Notes under the pieces: model-generated
What the model was told of the DNA's origin: nothing
What the model saw: the letters and a program-made list of their open reading frames with translations, nothing else
Databases searched by the model: none
Source: Vicinamibacteria bacterium
GTDB lineage: Bacteria > Acidobacteriota > Vicinamibacteria > Marinacidobacterales > Marinacidobacteraceae
Length of the DNA: 64,000 nucleotides
Assembly (NCBI GenBank): GCA_963422395.1
Contig: OY729431.1
Span: forward strand, 352,001 to 416,000
Reading direction: 5' to 3'
Translations under genes and position numbers: made by a program
Part shown: positions 37,716-47,061 of the stretch, in pieces
Layout: each line of letters opens with the position of its first letter
How positions within the stretch are numbered: the stretch's first letter is position 1

Positions 37716-38872
37716 GCACCTTCACGCTGATCAGCGCGGCGCTCCGCCGCAAGAAGACCCGGACTTTCCTCACTTTCTCCTCGGTGTTTTTCGCCTTCCT
37801 GATCTTCGGGGTCCTCTCGATGCTGCGCACCGCCTTTTCGATGGGAGTCGAGATGGCGAGCGAGGACCGACTCGTCGTCCGCCACCGGGTTTCGCTCTTC
37901 CAGCTTCTCCCCCAGTCCTACGAGGCGGAGATGGAGGAAATGCCCGGCGTGGTGGACGCCGTCCACATGACCTGGTTCGGCGGGGTCTATCAGGATCCTT
38001 CCAACTTCTTCATGCAGTCGCCGGTGGAGCCTGCCGAATACCTCGACATGTACCCCGAAGTCGAGCTCTCGGAGGAGGAGAAGACGCGCTGGATCGGGAC
38101 GCGGAACGGAGCGGTCGCCGGACGCGCGCTCGTCGAGCGCCACGGATGGGAGATCGGGGACCGCATCCCCATCCAGCCGACGATCTGGCAGCAGCAAGGC
38201 CGCGGGGACGATGCCTGGGAGTTCGAACTGGTGGGGATCTACGAGAGCGCGGTCGAAGGGTTCGACGAGACCCAGTTCCTCTTCCGCTACGACTTCTTCG
38301 ATGAGGCGCGCTCCTTCGGCCGCGGTCAGATCGGTTGGTTCATGGTGCGGGTCCAGGATCCGGCCCGGGCGCCGCAGGTCGCCGCCGCGATCGACGCCGC
38401 CTTCCAGAACTCTCCCGCCGAGACCAAGAGTGAGTCCGAGGGCGCCTTCGCCGCCGGCTTCGCCAACCAGGTGGGGAATCTGGGGCTGATCGTGACCTCG
38501 ATTCTCGGCGCGGTCTTCTTCACCATTCTGCTGGTGGCGGGGAACACCATGGCGCAGTCGGTGCGTGAGCGGATCGGCGAGATCGGGCTGCTGAAGGCGC
38601 TCGGCTTCACTGCGGGGCGGGTGCAGCGGCTGGTGCTCTTCGAGTCGGTGACGCTGGTGGCCACCGCCGGTTTCCTGGGGATGGTGATGTCCGCCGTTCT
38701 CGAGCGAGGGCTTCGGAGCCAGCTCGCAGCCTATTTTCCCGGCCTCGCGCTGCGGCCGCAGGATCTGCTGCTCGGGCTCGGCCTCGCACTGCTCACCGGC
38801 CTGGTGGTCGGAGTGTTTCCCGCGCGCCGGGCGATGCGTCTAGAGACGGCATTCGCCCTCCGCCGGCTCTGA
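37712..38872 (+). CDS. ABC permease (FtsX/MacB-like)
   Basis: RKKTRTFLT, WFGGVYQD, VFFTILLVAGNTMAQSVRER..EIG.LKALGF. Confidence 0.9.
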   Translation: MSTFTLISAALRRKKTRTFLTFSSVFFAFLIFGVLSMLRTAFSMGVEMASEDRLVVRHRVSLFQLLPQSYEAEMEEMPGVVDAVHMTWFGGVYQDPSNFFMQSPVEPAEYLDMYPEVELSEEEKTRWIGTRNGAVAGRALVERHGWEIGDRIPIQPTIWQQQGRGDDAWEFELVGIYESAVEGFDETQFLFRYDFFDEARSFGRGQIGWFMVRVQDPARAPQVAAAIDAAFQNSPAETKSESEGAFAAGFANQVGNLGLIVTSILGAVFFTILLVAGNTMAQSVRERIGEIGLLKALGFTAGRVQRLVLFESVTLVATAGFLGMVMSAVLERGLRSQLAAYFPGLALRPQDLLLGLGLALLTGLVVGVFPARRAMRLETAFALRRL

Positions 38873-38887
38873 TCGGAGGGGAGCACG

Positions 38888-40084
38888 ATGGGCCTCGTAT
38901 CGTTCCTTCGGCAGTGCCAGGCGGTCACCCGCTACAACATCGAGACCATCTGGCAGCGCCGGGGGGTCTCGGCGGTGGCGATTTTCGGAATCGCCGGCGT
39001 CGTGGGGGTGCTCGTCGCGGTGCTTTCGATGGCCGCTGGGTTCCGCGCGGTGGTGACCGGCCAGTCCCGCGACGACGTGGCCGTCGTGCTCCGCAGCGGC
39101 GCGACCAGTGAGACGGCGAGCATCCTCTCCCGCCAGGACATCCAGGTGCTCGAAGAGGCGCCCGGGGTCGCGCGCGGCTCGGCGGGCGCCCTCGTCTCCC
39201 CCGAACTCTTCGTCATCATCGATCGGCGGAAGATCGGCGCCGGTACCGATGCGAATGTTCCGCTGCGCGGTGTCGAGGCGGCGGCCTTCGAGGTTCGCAG
39301 CGAGATCGAGATCGTCGAGGGCCGCCGCTTCGAGCCGGGCAGGAACGAGGTCATCGTGGGCGACGGCGCGTCCCTCTCCTTCGAAGGACTGCTGGTGGGC
39401 GACACCATCGATGTGGGGCAGTCGTCCTGGGAGGTGGTGGGCCGGTTCACCGCCGGAGGCGGGCTGTCGGAATCCGAGATCTGGACCGATACCCGCGTCC
39501 TCCAGCAGGCGTACCGGCGGGGCAACTCCTACAACGCGGCCTTCGTGCGCCTCACCGACGAGACCGGCTTCGACGGATTCCAGGAAGCCATCGAGGAGGA
39601 CCCTCGCGTCAGCCTCGGCGCTCGGACCCAGACCGAGTTTCTCGCGGCGCAGTCGGCGCCGATCGAGGTCTTCATCTCGGTGGTCGGCTGGATCATCGTC
39701 GCGCTGATGTCGGCGGGCGCGGTGTTCGCCGCGCTCAACACCATGTATGCGGCGGTGTCTTCCCGCTCGCGGGAGATCGCCACGCTGCGCGCCCTCGGTT
39801 TCTCCCGGTTGCCGGTCGTGTTTTCCGTGGTGGTCGAGTCGGTCGTCTTCGCGCTCGTCGGGGCCGCGGTCGGCGGGGCGGCTTCCTGGTTCCTCTTCGA
39901 CGGGTTCCGGGCGGCGACCATCAACTGGGCTTCGTTCAGCCAGGTGTCGTTCGCCTTCGAGGTGACCTCGGAACTGCTGATGCAGGGGGTGATGCTCGCT
40001 CTCGTGATCGGGACGATCGGCGGCTTTCTCCCCGCGGTCGCGGCGGCCCGCCGCAGCGTGGTGGGCGCCCTCCGGGAACAGTAG
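38888..40084 (+). CDS. ABC permease (FtsX/MacB-like)
   Basis: GIAGVVGVLV.VLSMA.GF, ALNTMYAAV..R.REIATLRALGF. Confidence 0.9.
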   Translation: MGLVSFLRQCQAVTRYNIETIWQRRGVSAVAIFGIAGVVGVLVAVLSMAAGFRAVVTGQSRDDVAVVLRSGATSETASILSRQDIQVLEEAPGVARGSAGALVSPELFVIIDRRKIGAGTDANVPLRGVEAAAFEVRSEIEIVEGRRFEPGRNEVIVGDGASLSFEGLLVGDTIDVGQSSWEVVGRFTAGGGLSESEIWTDTRVLQQAYRRGNSYNAAFVRLTDETGFDGFQEAIEEDPRVSLGARTQTEFLAAQSAPIEVFISVVGWIIVALMSAGAVFAALNTMYAAVSSRSREIATLRALGFSRLPVVFSVVVESVVFALVGAAVGGAASWFLFDGFRAATINWASFSQVSFAFEVTSELLMQGVMLALVIGTIGGFLPAVAAARRSVVGALREQ

Positions 40085-40114
40085 GCGCGCTTTCGGAATC
40101 CTCCGCCGTCGAGC

Positions 40115-40200
40115 TTCGCGCGGGCGAAGCGGCACGCCCGCGAGAATGGCCGGCCTCTGCGGAGACTGATCGAGGAGGGGCTTCGCCGGGCACTCGAGGA
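40115..40200 (+). pseudogene. Relic of a ribbon-helix-helix antitoxin (DUF2191/VapB-like)
   Basis: FARAKRHARENGRPLRRLIEEGLRRALE, with no start codon and no N-terminal beta-strand. Confidence 0.55.
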
Positions 40201-40225
40201 CTCGGAGCCGGCGAGAGCGGCTCGG

Positions 40226-42382
40226 TCAGTTCAGGCCGCGGCGGCGCAGCAGCGGCTCCACTTCGGCGTCCCGCCCGCGGAAGGCGCGGTAGAGATCCAT
40301 CGCCTCGACGCTCCCTCCCTTCGACAGCAGGGCAGTGCGGAAATGGTCGCCGTTCTCGCGCCGGAGTCCTCCGTTCTCGCGGAACCACTCCACCGAATCG
40401 GCGTCGAGGACCTCGCTCCAGATGTACGAGTAGTAGCCCGCCGAGTAGCCGCTCCCCCAGATGTGGGAGAAATAGGTGCTCCGGTACCGTGGCGGCACCG
40501 GGGCGAACGCGATCCCCGCCGCTTCCAGCGCCGCGGCTTCGAACGCCAGGACACCGTCCGCCTCGGGCGTTTCGGATACGCCGAGACGGTGCCAGGCGAG
40601 GTCGAGCAGGGTCGCCGCCAGATACTCGGTGGTCTGGAAGCCCTGGTTGAAGCTCCGCGCCGAGAGTACCCGGTCGAGCAGGTCGCCGGGAATCGGTTCG
40701 CCGGTTTCGTGGTGTACGGCGTAGTGCTGCAGCACCTCGGGCCAGGTCGCCCACATTTCGTTCACCTGCGACGGATACTCGACGAAATCCCGCGGCACCG
40801 AGGTGCCCGCGAAGTAGGGATAGCGGACCTCCGAGAACAGTCCGTGGAGGGCGTGCCCGAACTCGTGGAACATCGTGATGACTTCGTCGAAGGTCAGCAG
40901 CGACGGCTCGCCGGCGGGGGGCTTGGGGATGTTCAAGTGGTTGGCGACCACCGGTTTCGTCCCGAGGAGATGGGACTGGGAGACATAGGCGTTCATCCAC
41001 GCGCCGCCGCGCTTCGCAGGCCTCGCGTAGAAATCGGCGAGGAACAGGCCGAGCGGAGTCCCGTCCTCTTCGAAGACCTCGAACACCCGGACATCGGGGT
41101 GATAGACCGGGAGCTCGGGACGCTCTTCGAAACGGAGCCCGTAGAGGCGGCCTGCGGCGTGGAACACGCCGTTTGTCAGGACACTGTTCATCTCGAAATA
41201 CGGACGAAGCTGCGATTCGTCGAAGGAGAAGCGCTGCGCCCGTAGTTTCTCGGTGTAGTAGGACCAGTCCCAGGCCTCGATCTCGAGGGCAGCCCCCTCC
41301 GCGCGGGCCACCGCTTCGAGGTCCTCCGCCTCGCGCCGGGCGTTCCCGACAGCTCGGGGCACCAAACTGGCGAGTCGTTCGTCCACCGCAGAGACCGATT
41401 GCGCCGTCTGCTCCTCGAGCACATAGGCTGCGTGATGGGGGTAGCCGAGGAGAGCGGCGCGTTCGGCGCGGAGCGCTGCGATCCGGACGATCACCCCGCG
41501 GTTGTCGTGATCCCCACCCTGGCTGCCGCGGGCGAGCGAGGCACGCAGGATCCGCTCGCGCAGCGCCCGATCCTCGAGTGAGGCGAGCGCTGGCTGGCCG
41601 CTGGTGTTGAGGAGCGCGATCACATACCTGCCGTCGAGACCGCGGGTATTCGCCGTCTCGGCAGCCGCGGCGATCTCACCCTCGGAGAGGCCGGCGAGTT
41701 CGTCTTCGGTGTCCACCACCACCGCCGAGGCGTTCGCCTCGTCGAGGGTGTTTTCGGTGAACTCGGCAGAGAGCGACGCGAGCTCGGCGTTGATCTCCCG
41801 CATCCGCTCCTTCTCCGGTTCGGTCAGCTGAGCGCCGGCGCGGGTGAAGTCCCGGTGGTAGCGTTCCACGAGGCGTGTTTCTTCCGTCGAGAGGCCGGCC
41901 TCGGCGCGTGCTTCGTAGAGCGTCTCCACGCGGTCGAACAGGTCCGGGTCCAGGAGGATGCGGTCGGCGTGCGCGGCGAGCTTCGGCGCCATCTCGGCTC
42001 GGATCGCATTCCTCTCGTCGTTCGTGTCGGCGGCGGCGAGGCTGAAGAAGACGCGAGACACCCGGTCGAGCAGCCGCCCCGACCGCTCCAGTGCAACGAG
42101 GGTGTTCTCGAAATCCGGCGGTTCGGGAGCGGCAGCGATGGCCTCTGCTTCCTGGAGCTGTTCCGCCATCCCGCGCTCGAAGGCGGGGCGGTAGTGGCTG
42201 TCTTCGATCCGGTCGAAGGGCGGCAGCCCGTACGGCAAGGTGTTCTCCTCGAAGAACGGATTGTCAGCCATCTCATCTCCTTTCTCTTCCGGCGCGCACC
42301 CGGGGATGAGCCCCAGCGCGAGCCCGACTCCGAGCCCGGCGGTCACTCCGAGCGGCAGCGCGGGGAAACGAAGAAAACGCAT
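40226..42382 (-). CDS. dcp: M3-family metallopeptidase (peptidyl-dipeptidase Dcp)
   Basis: NPFF..TLPYGLPPFDRI, KRGGAWM, FHEFGHALHG, PRDFVEYPSQVNE, YSAGYYSYIW. Lipobox-like IPGC. Confidence 0.93.
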   Translation of the reverse strand: MRFLRFPALPLGVTAGLGVGLALGLIPGCAPEEKGDEMADNPFFEENTLPYGLPPFDRIEDSHYRPAFERGMAEQLQEAEAIAAAPEPPDFENTLVALERSGRLLDRVSRVFFSLAAADTNDERNAIRAEMAPKLAAHADRILLDPDLFDRVETLYEARAEAGLSTEETRLVERYHRDFTRAGAQLTEPEKERMREINAELASLSAEFTENTLDEANASAVVVDTEDELAGLSEGEIAAAAETANTRGLDGRYVIALLNTSGQPALASLEDRALRERILRASLARGSQGGDHDNRGVIVRIAALRAERAALLGYPHHAAYVLEEQTAQSVSAVDERLASLVPRAVGNARREAEDLEAVARAEGAALEIEAWDWSYYTEKLRAQRFSFDESQLRPYFEMNSVLTNGVFHAAGRLYGLRFEERPELPVYHPDVRVFEVFEEDGTPLGLFLADFYARPAKRGGAWMNAYVSQSHLLGTKPVVANHLNIPKPPAGEPSLLTFDEVITMFHEFGHALHGLFSEVRYPYFAGTSVPRDFVEYPSQVNEMWATWPEVLQHYAVHHETGEPIPGDLLDRVLSARSFNQGFQTTEYLAATLLDLAWHRLGVSETPEADGVLAFEAAALEAAGIAFAPVPPRYRSTYFSHIWGSGYSAGYYSYIWSEVLDADSVEWFRENGGLRRENGDHFRTALLSKGGSVEAMDLYRAFRGRDAEVEPLLRRRGLN

Positions 42383-42470
42383 CGTCAGATCCTCCTGATC
42401 CTGCAGGCGGCGAATCTCGGGGAGACCCCGGGCGAGGCGCCGCGCAGCCCGCTCGGGCCGGGCTCCTGGC

Positions 42471-43628
42471 TCACGCGGCCAACGGAATCCTGAATCCCTG
42501 CACGATCCCGATACGAGCGCGGTAGCCGCCTCTCGTCCGCTGCACGAAGCCGGCCTGGATCAGCCAGTTCAGATCGCGGGTCAGGGTCTTGGCGGTCTTG
42601 CGGGCGAAGAGTCGAGCGAGCGCCGGGCTGAGGTCGGGGACGGCTCTCCGGCGGACCGGCGCGCTTTGCCGCGCCAGGCTCAGCGCGATCTCCCGCCGCC
42701 GGTCGTAAGCCGCGGACGGGTGTGTCCCCCGGATCTCCTGGTGGACCAATTGCTTCCAGGCGAGGCCAGCCTGGACCCGCGCGATTTCGCGGCAGTGTTC
42801 GGCGAGACCGGCAACGAACCCTTCGAGGGCGTAGGCGATGAACCCCCAGGGGTCGCCGGCGCCGGCGCCCGCATGGCTGCCCCGTTTCCTTTGGACGTGG
42901 TACGCGGGGTGCGTTCGGTGGTAGTGATCACTCAGCAGATGCGCGGCGGGCGGCGGCACTCCGGCGGCGGTGAGCAGCAGGTACTCGACCAGGCGGGCGG
43001 TGCGGCCGTTCCCGTTTCGGAAAGGATGGATCCAGGCCAGGTAGAGGTGCGCGAGGATGGCGCGCAGAATGCCGTTCGCCAGCCGATTTTCATCGTCGCT
43101 GCCGATCCGGAGGGTCGGTCCGGAGGAGAGCCACCGGCAGAGCCGGTCCAGGAGGACCACGACGCGGTTGTCGCGGATTTGCCCCAGGGCGACTTCCGGC
43201 TCGGGTTGGGAGTCGAGCCCCTCGAGTGCCAGACGGTTGCTCAGGGTGATCCACTCGGTGCTCAGCGTCGGAGGCGGCCCGGTCCGGACCGTCGCGACGA
43301 TCTGCTGGTATGCCGCGACCATGTTCCGCACTTCGCGGCCGAGATGTTCCCGGGATGCAGGAAGATCGAGACGCCCCTCGATCTGCGCGTTGACTTCAGC
43401 CTCGGTCAGGGTGTTCCCATCGATGGCGGTGGTGGCGCGCGCTCCGCGGCTCAGGTAGAGGGTGTGGAGCTCCTGCGCCGCACCCGGCGGAAGGACGGCC
43501 GCCGCTGCCTGTTGGCAGCGCGCCGCTGCCGTTCCCAGCATCGCCCAGCAGAGCGGCTCGGCGCGATCCGAAGGGAGGCGGAAACTGATCCAGGTGTGGG
43601 TGCGCTCATACTCGCGGAAGGCCGCCAT
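42471..43628 (-). CDS. Fic-domain protein with C-terminal winged HTH
   Basis: IHPFRNGNGRTAR, N-terminal ATTAIDGN, C-terminal KTLTRDLN.L. Confidence 0.88.
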   Translation of the reverse strand: MAAFREYERTHTWISFRLPSDRAEPLCWAMLGTAAARCQQAAAAVLPPGAAQELHTLYLSRGARATTAIDGNTLTEAEVNAQIEGRLDLPASREHLGREVRNMVAAYQQIVATVRTGPPPTLSTEWITLSNRLALEGLDSQPEPEVALGQIRDNRVVVLLDRLCRWLSSGPTLRIGSDDENRLANGILRAILAHLYLAWIHPFRNGNGRTARLVEYLLLTAAGVPPPAAHLLSDHYHRTHPAYHVQRKRGSHAGAGAGDPWGFIAYALEGFVAGLAEHCREIARVQAGLAWKQLVHQEIRGTHPSAAYDRRREIALSLARQSAPVRRRAVPDLSPALARLFARKTAKTLTRDLNWLIQAGFVQRTRGGYRARIGIVQGFRIPLAA

Positions 43629-43855
43629 CAGGGTCCGATCTGGAGGAAATCCACCGGGGGTTCGCCATTTTATGCCTTATCGCGAAGCCCGGAGGAATGT
43701 CCCATTGGAAAATGGAGCCGGGAGAATCGAAATGGTCGTTTCGTCAAGGCTTTGCTGTGCCCTTCGAAACGAAAGCCAGAACTTTTCGGACGCGGCATCG
43801 TTTCCGCATGACCCCCCTGGATGTCCCCCCGTGTCTTCCTTCGTCGTGGAGCACG

Positions 43856-46144
43856 CTACCGGGGGAGCGCCCGGGCTTTGCGGAACTCGCGTTCGGCTTC
43901 GGCGATTCGGCCCTGACGGTTGTAGATGTCCGCGAGCACGAAGTGTCCGAGCGGTGCCATCTCCGTTTCGGGCCCGAGATCGAGGCCCCGAAGCGCCGTC
44001 GCTTCGGCCTCTTCGAGCTCTCCCCGATCGAGGAGCGCTTTCGCCAGGTACAGGTGGCCCACCGCGAACCGTTCGTTGTGCCCGATTGCGTCGCGGAAAG
44101 ATGCCTCCATGCGCGCCGGGTCGCCCATGGCCCCGTAGAGCTTCGCCAGGTTGAAGTGAGACCGGAAGTCCTTCGGGGCCATTCCGAGACGAGTCTCGTA
44201 GGCATCGATGGCGCGAGCCGGGTCGCCGCGCTCCTCGAACAGCAGCGCGAGGTTGTACCAGGCGTCCGAAAGGCGATCGTCCATCGAGAGCGCGAGCCGC
44301 AGCTCCGCTTCGGCTTCGTCCAGCCGGCCGAGGCTCAGCAGGCACTGGCCTTTCAGGTTCCGTGCCGGCGCGCGCTCTTCGCCGGTGGCTTCGAGCCGGG
44401 CGAGTACCGCGAGGGCCGCTTCGTATTCCTCCCGCGCGGCGTGGATCCCGGCGAGGTGGTAGAAGGCGTTGTTGTCGTTCGGGTCCAGTGCGAGGAGCCG
44501 CCGATAGCCCGCTTCGGCCTCGTCGAGCCGGTCCGCCAGCCGATAGGCGTCGGCGAGGCCGAGGACGGCGGACTTGTACTCGGGGTCGAGAACGAGTGCG
44601 TCCCGATAGGCCGCGATCGCGCCCTCCCAGTCATCGCGCTTCACGAACAGGTTGCCGAGGACGAAGTGCGCCTCGAGGATTCCGGAGTCTTCGACCAGCA
44701 CTCGCCGCACCTTCTCCATCGCCTCCTCCACCCGGTCTTCGGTGGAATCGGCGCCGGCGGCTTTCAGCAGGTTGTAGAGGTCGATCTTGTCCTTCGGATC
44801 GGCGAGCGGAGCTGTTGGGTCCACCCGGACGCGAGAGGTGCCGCCGAGATAGCCGAGAGCTGCGAGCTGGGCACGGGTCTCCTCGTCGAGCGTCTCGGGC
44901 GCCTTCGCTTCGGCCGCTTCGCTCCCGAGTGCGGCGACCAGTCGGTCGAGCCGCGCCTGGAGCTGGCGGACCTGCCCGGGGCGCTCTGCGGCCAGGTTTT
45001 GCTGCTCCCCGGGGTCTTCCCGCACCTCGAAGAGTTCGGGCCGGGGCGCGGAGATGAAGTGGAGGAGCCCGTTCCGCAGCGAGCGGAGCGGCGACCAGCC
45101 GTAGTGATTGCGCGGATAGAAGCTCTCCGAATAGGCCCAGAGCCCGAGGTCTTCTGCCGATCCGTCGGCGAGCGGTACCAGGCTCACCCCCTGCACCGCC
45201 GCCGGGATTTCGACCCCCACGAGCTCCAGCACGGTGGGCATCAAGTCCATGCCCCGCACCTGCGCCGCAATCCGCCGCCCCTTCGGGATCTGTCGGTAGG
45301 GCGCCCGCAGCAGGAACGGGACCTGCATCGTGGCGTCGTAGATGAAGAACCCGTGCGCCCCCTCCCGGTGGCGGCCGAGGCTCTCGCCGTGGTCGCCGAT
45401 CAGGACGAGGAGGGTATCTTCGGCGAGGCCGTTCTCGTCCAGCCAGTCGAGCAGACGCCCTACCAGCGAGTCGGTGAAGAGGACTTCGCCGTCGTAGGCC
45501 GCGTCCGGATAGCCGCTGACCAGAGAAGCCCAAGGCTCGGGTGCTTCGTAGGGCCAGTGGGGGTCGTAGAGGTGGATCCAGGCGAAGAAGCGTTCCTCCT
45601 TCACCTCGTCCATCCAGGCGAGGGCGGCCTCGAGAACTTCGTCGCCCCGCCGCTGCACGCTGTCGAGGCTGATGCGCTCGAAGTCCCTGAAGTCGAACTC
45701 GTCGTGGTAGCGCTCGAAACCCTGATCGAGGCCCCAGCGTGAGTCCAAGACGAACGCAGCGGGGAACCCTCCGGTGCGCCAGCCGGCGGCGCGGAGCGTT
45801 TCGGCGAGGGTTTCAGAGTCGTCGTCGAGGTAGTAGCCGCCGTTGTCGCGGACGCCGTGGAACATCGGATAGGTCCCGGTGAACATCGAGGAGTGCGACG
45901 GCAGAGTGAGCGGTACCTGGGCAGTGGCCTGTTCGAAGAGCACTCCCTCGGCGGCGGCCCGGCCGAAGGCAGGGGTTTCGATGCGCCGGTTCCCGTACTG
46001 GCCGAGATGGCGCGCCGAGAGGGTGTCGAGCGTGACGACCACCACGTGGAGCGGACGCATCGGATCCTGGATTTCGCTGCGGCCGCCGCCGAGCCCGGGG
46101 CAACCGGCGGAAAACAGCAAGGCGGCGCAGCCGCTGGCGAGCAT
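43856..46144 (-). CDS. Sulfatase-like hydrolase fused to TPR repeats
   Basis: VTLDTL, PLTLPSHSSMFTG, WIHLYDPH.PY, GDHGESLG.H, LAALGY, TPR C-terminus. Start is uncertain. Confidence 0.9.
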   Translation of the reverse strand: MLASGCAALLFSAGCPGLGGGRSEIQDPMRPLHVVVVTLDTLSARHLGQYGNRRIETPAFGRAAAEGVLFEQATAQVPLTLPSHSSMFTGTYPMFHGVRDNGGYYLDDDSETLAETLRAAGWRTGGFPAAFVLDSRWGLDQGFERYHDEFDFRDFERISLDSVQRRGDEVLEAALAWMDEVKEERFFAWIHLYDPHWPYEAPEPWASLVSGYPDAAYDGEVLFTDSLVGRLLDWLDENGLAEDTLLVLIGDHGESLGRHREGAHGFFIYDATMQVPFLLRAPYRQIPKGRRIAAQVRGMDLMPTVLELVGVEIPAAVQGVSLVPLADGSAEDLGLWAYSESFYPRNHYGWSPLRSLRNGLLHFISAPRPELFEVREDPGEQQNLAAERPGQVRQLQARLDRLVAALGSEAAEAKAPETLDEETRAQLAALGYLGGTSRVRVDPTAPLADPKDKIDLYNLLKAAGADSTEDRVEEAMEKVRRVLVEDSGILEAHFVLGNLFVKRDDWEGAIAAYRDALVLDPEYKSAVLGLADAYRLADRLDEAEAGYRRLLALDPNDNNAFYHLAGIHAAREEYEAALAVLARLEATGEERAPARNLKGQCLLSLGRLDEAEAELRLALSMDDRLSDAWYNLALLFEERGDPARAIDAYETRLGMAPKDFRSHFNLAKLYGAMGDPARMEASFRDAIGHNERFAVGHLYLAKALLDRGELEEAEATALRGLDLGPETEMAPLGHFVLADIYNRQGRIAEAEREFRKARALPR

Positions 46145-46247
46145 CTTCCATCGGGAGCAACGAAGCGTTTTCGACAGAGCATCCGGGCGGCAGCATGGGG
46201 CCGGGACACACATAGGTACCCTCATGATTCTATGGTATTATGCCTTG

Positions 46248-46484
46248 ATGAAGGCTGTACAGATCAACTTCACTCCGGATCTCCTGAATCGTCTGGACGC
46301 CGACGAAGTCGTGAGCCGGCTGGGTCGTTCGGAAGCGGTCCGCCGCATCGTCGAGGCGTATCTCCGCCGTCGGGAGGCGCGCCGGATCGACGAGGCGTAC
46401 GCCCGCGGTTACGGCCCCGACTTCCCTCCCGTCAGCAAGGACCTCGAGGGCTGGGCGGAGGCGGCGGCTCCGTGGCCCGAATAG
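46248..46484 (+). CDS. CopG/RHH antitoxin (MazE/EndoAI-like)
   Basis: MKAVQINFTPDLLNRLD...GRSEAVRR..EAYL.....IDEAYARGY. Overlaps the toxin start. Confidence 0.85.
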   Translation: MKAVQINFTPDLLNRLDADEVVSRLGRSEAVRRIVEAYLRRREARRIDEAYARGYGPDFPPVSKDLEGWAEAAAPWPE

Positions 46485-46831
46485 TCAGGCGCGGCGATCT
46501 CTGGCTGCACGAATTCGGCCCCCCGAATCGTCGGCGCCCCGTCGTGGTGCTTACTCGCGACGCAGTAGCGAACCGACTCCACACCGTTACCGTGGCGCCG
46601 GTCACCTCCACGATCCGGGGAATTCCGAGCGAGGTTCCGGTCGGGGAGGTGGAGGGCCTGAAACACGAATCGGTGATGAATCTCGATCATGTCCAGACCG
46701 TACCCCGGGCGAGTCTCGGCCGCTGGATCGGCCGCCTCCGCCCGGATCGGATGTTCGAGGTCTGCGTGGCGATGCAAGCCGCTTTCGGATGTGAAGCGCA
46801 TCTGGCGCGCGAGGGAGAGTGGATGATCTGA
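46472..46831 (+). CDS. mazF: PemK/MazF-family endoribonuclease toxin
   Basis: RRGDLW......RRPVVVLTR, VTVAPVTSTIRG.PSEV, NLDHVQTV. Confidence 0.9.
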   Translation: MARIVRRGDLWLHEFGPPNRRRPVVVLTRDAVANRLHTVTVAPVTSTIRGIPSEVPVGEVEGLKHESVMNLDHVQTVPRASLGRWIGRLRPDRMFEVCVAMQAAFGCEAHLAREGEWMI

Positions 46832-46953
46832 GTGCGGCGGCGTGCTACCGAAGCCGGTTCTTCGCTCTTCGATCTGCCATCGTCTGCTTCCTTGCCTGCC
46901 GGCCCTCCCGCTTGCCCATTCTCCGCCCCGTGGGTTGCGCTGTGGGGTTGCGA

Positions 46954-46983
46954 TTGACAGGCAGCGGGGAAGGCAAATACCTT
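46954..46983 (+). promoter_or_regulatory. Candidate sigma70 promoter of the second TonB-dependent receptor
   Basis: TTGACA-N18-TACCTT, followed by a GC hairpin at about 47007-47030 before the ATG. Confidence 0.4.
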
Positions 46984-47061
46984 AACTGAACGGAAACTCG
47001 GGTCCATCCGGCCTCCGCGGGAGGCCCGGAGATTCGCCTGCTTCCTGACGGGGGCGCCAAT

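Noticed and set aside
46965-47060. GGCAAA...ACGGAAA upstream of the second receptor as a c-di-GMP-I riboswitch
   Set aside because: No P2 stem with a GNRA loop and no receptor stem. The stretch fits a promoter plus one hairpin better.
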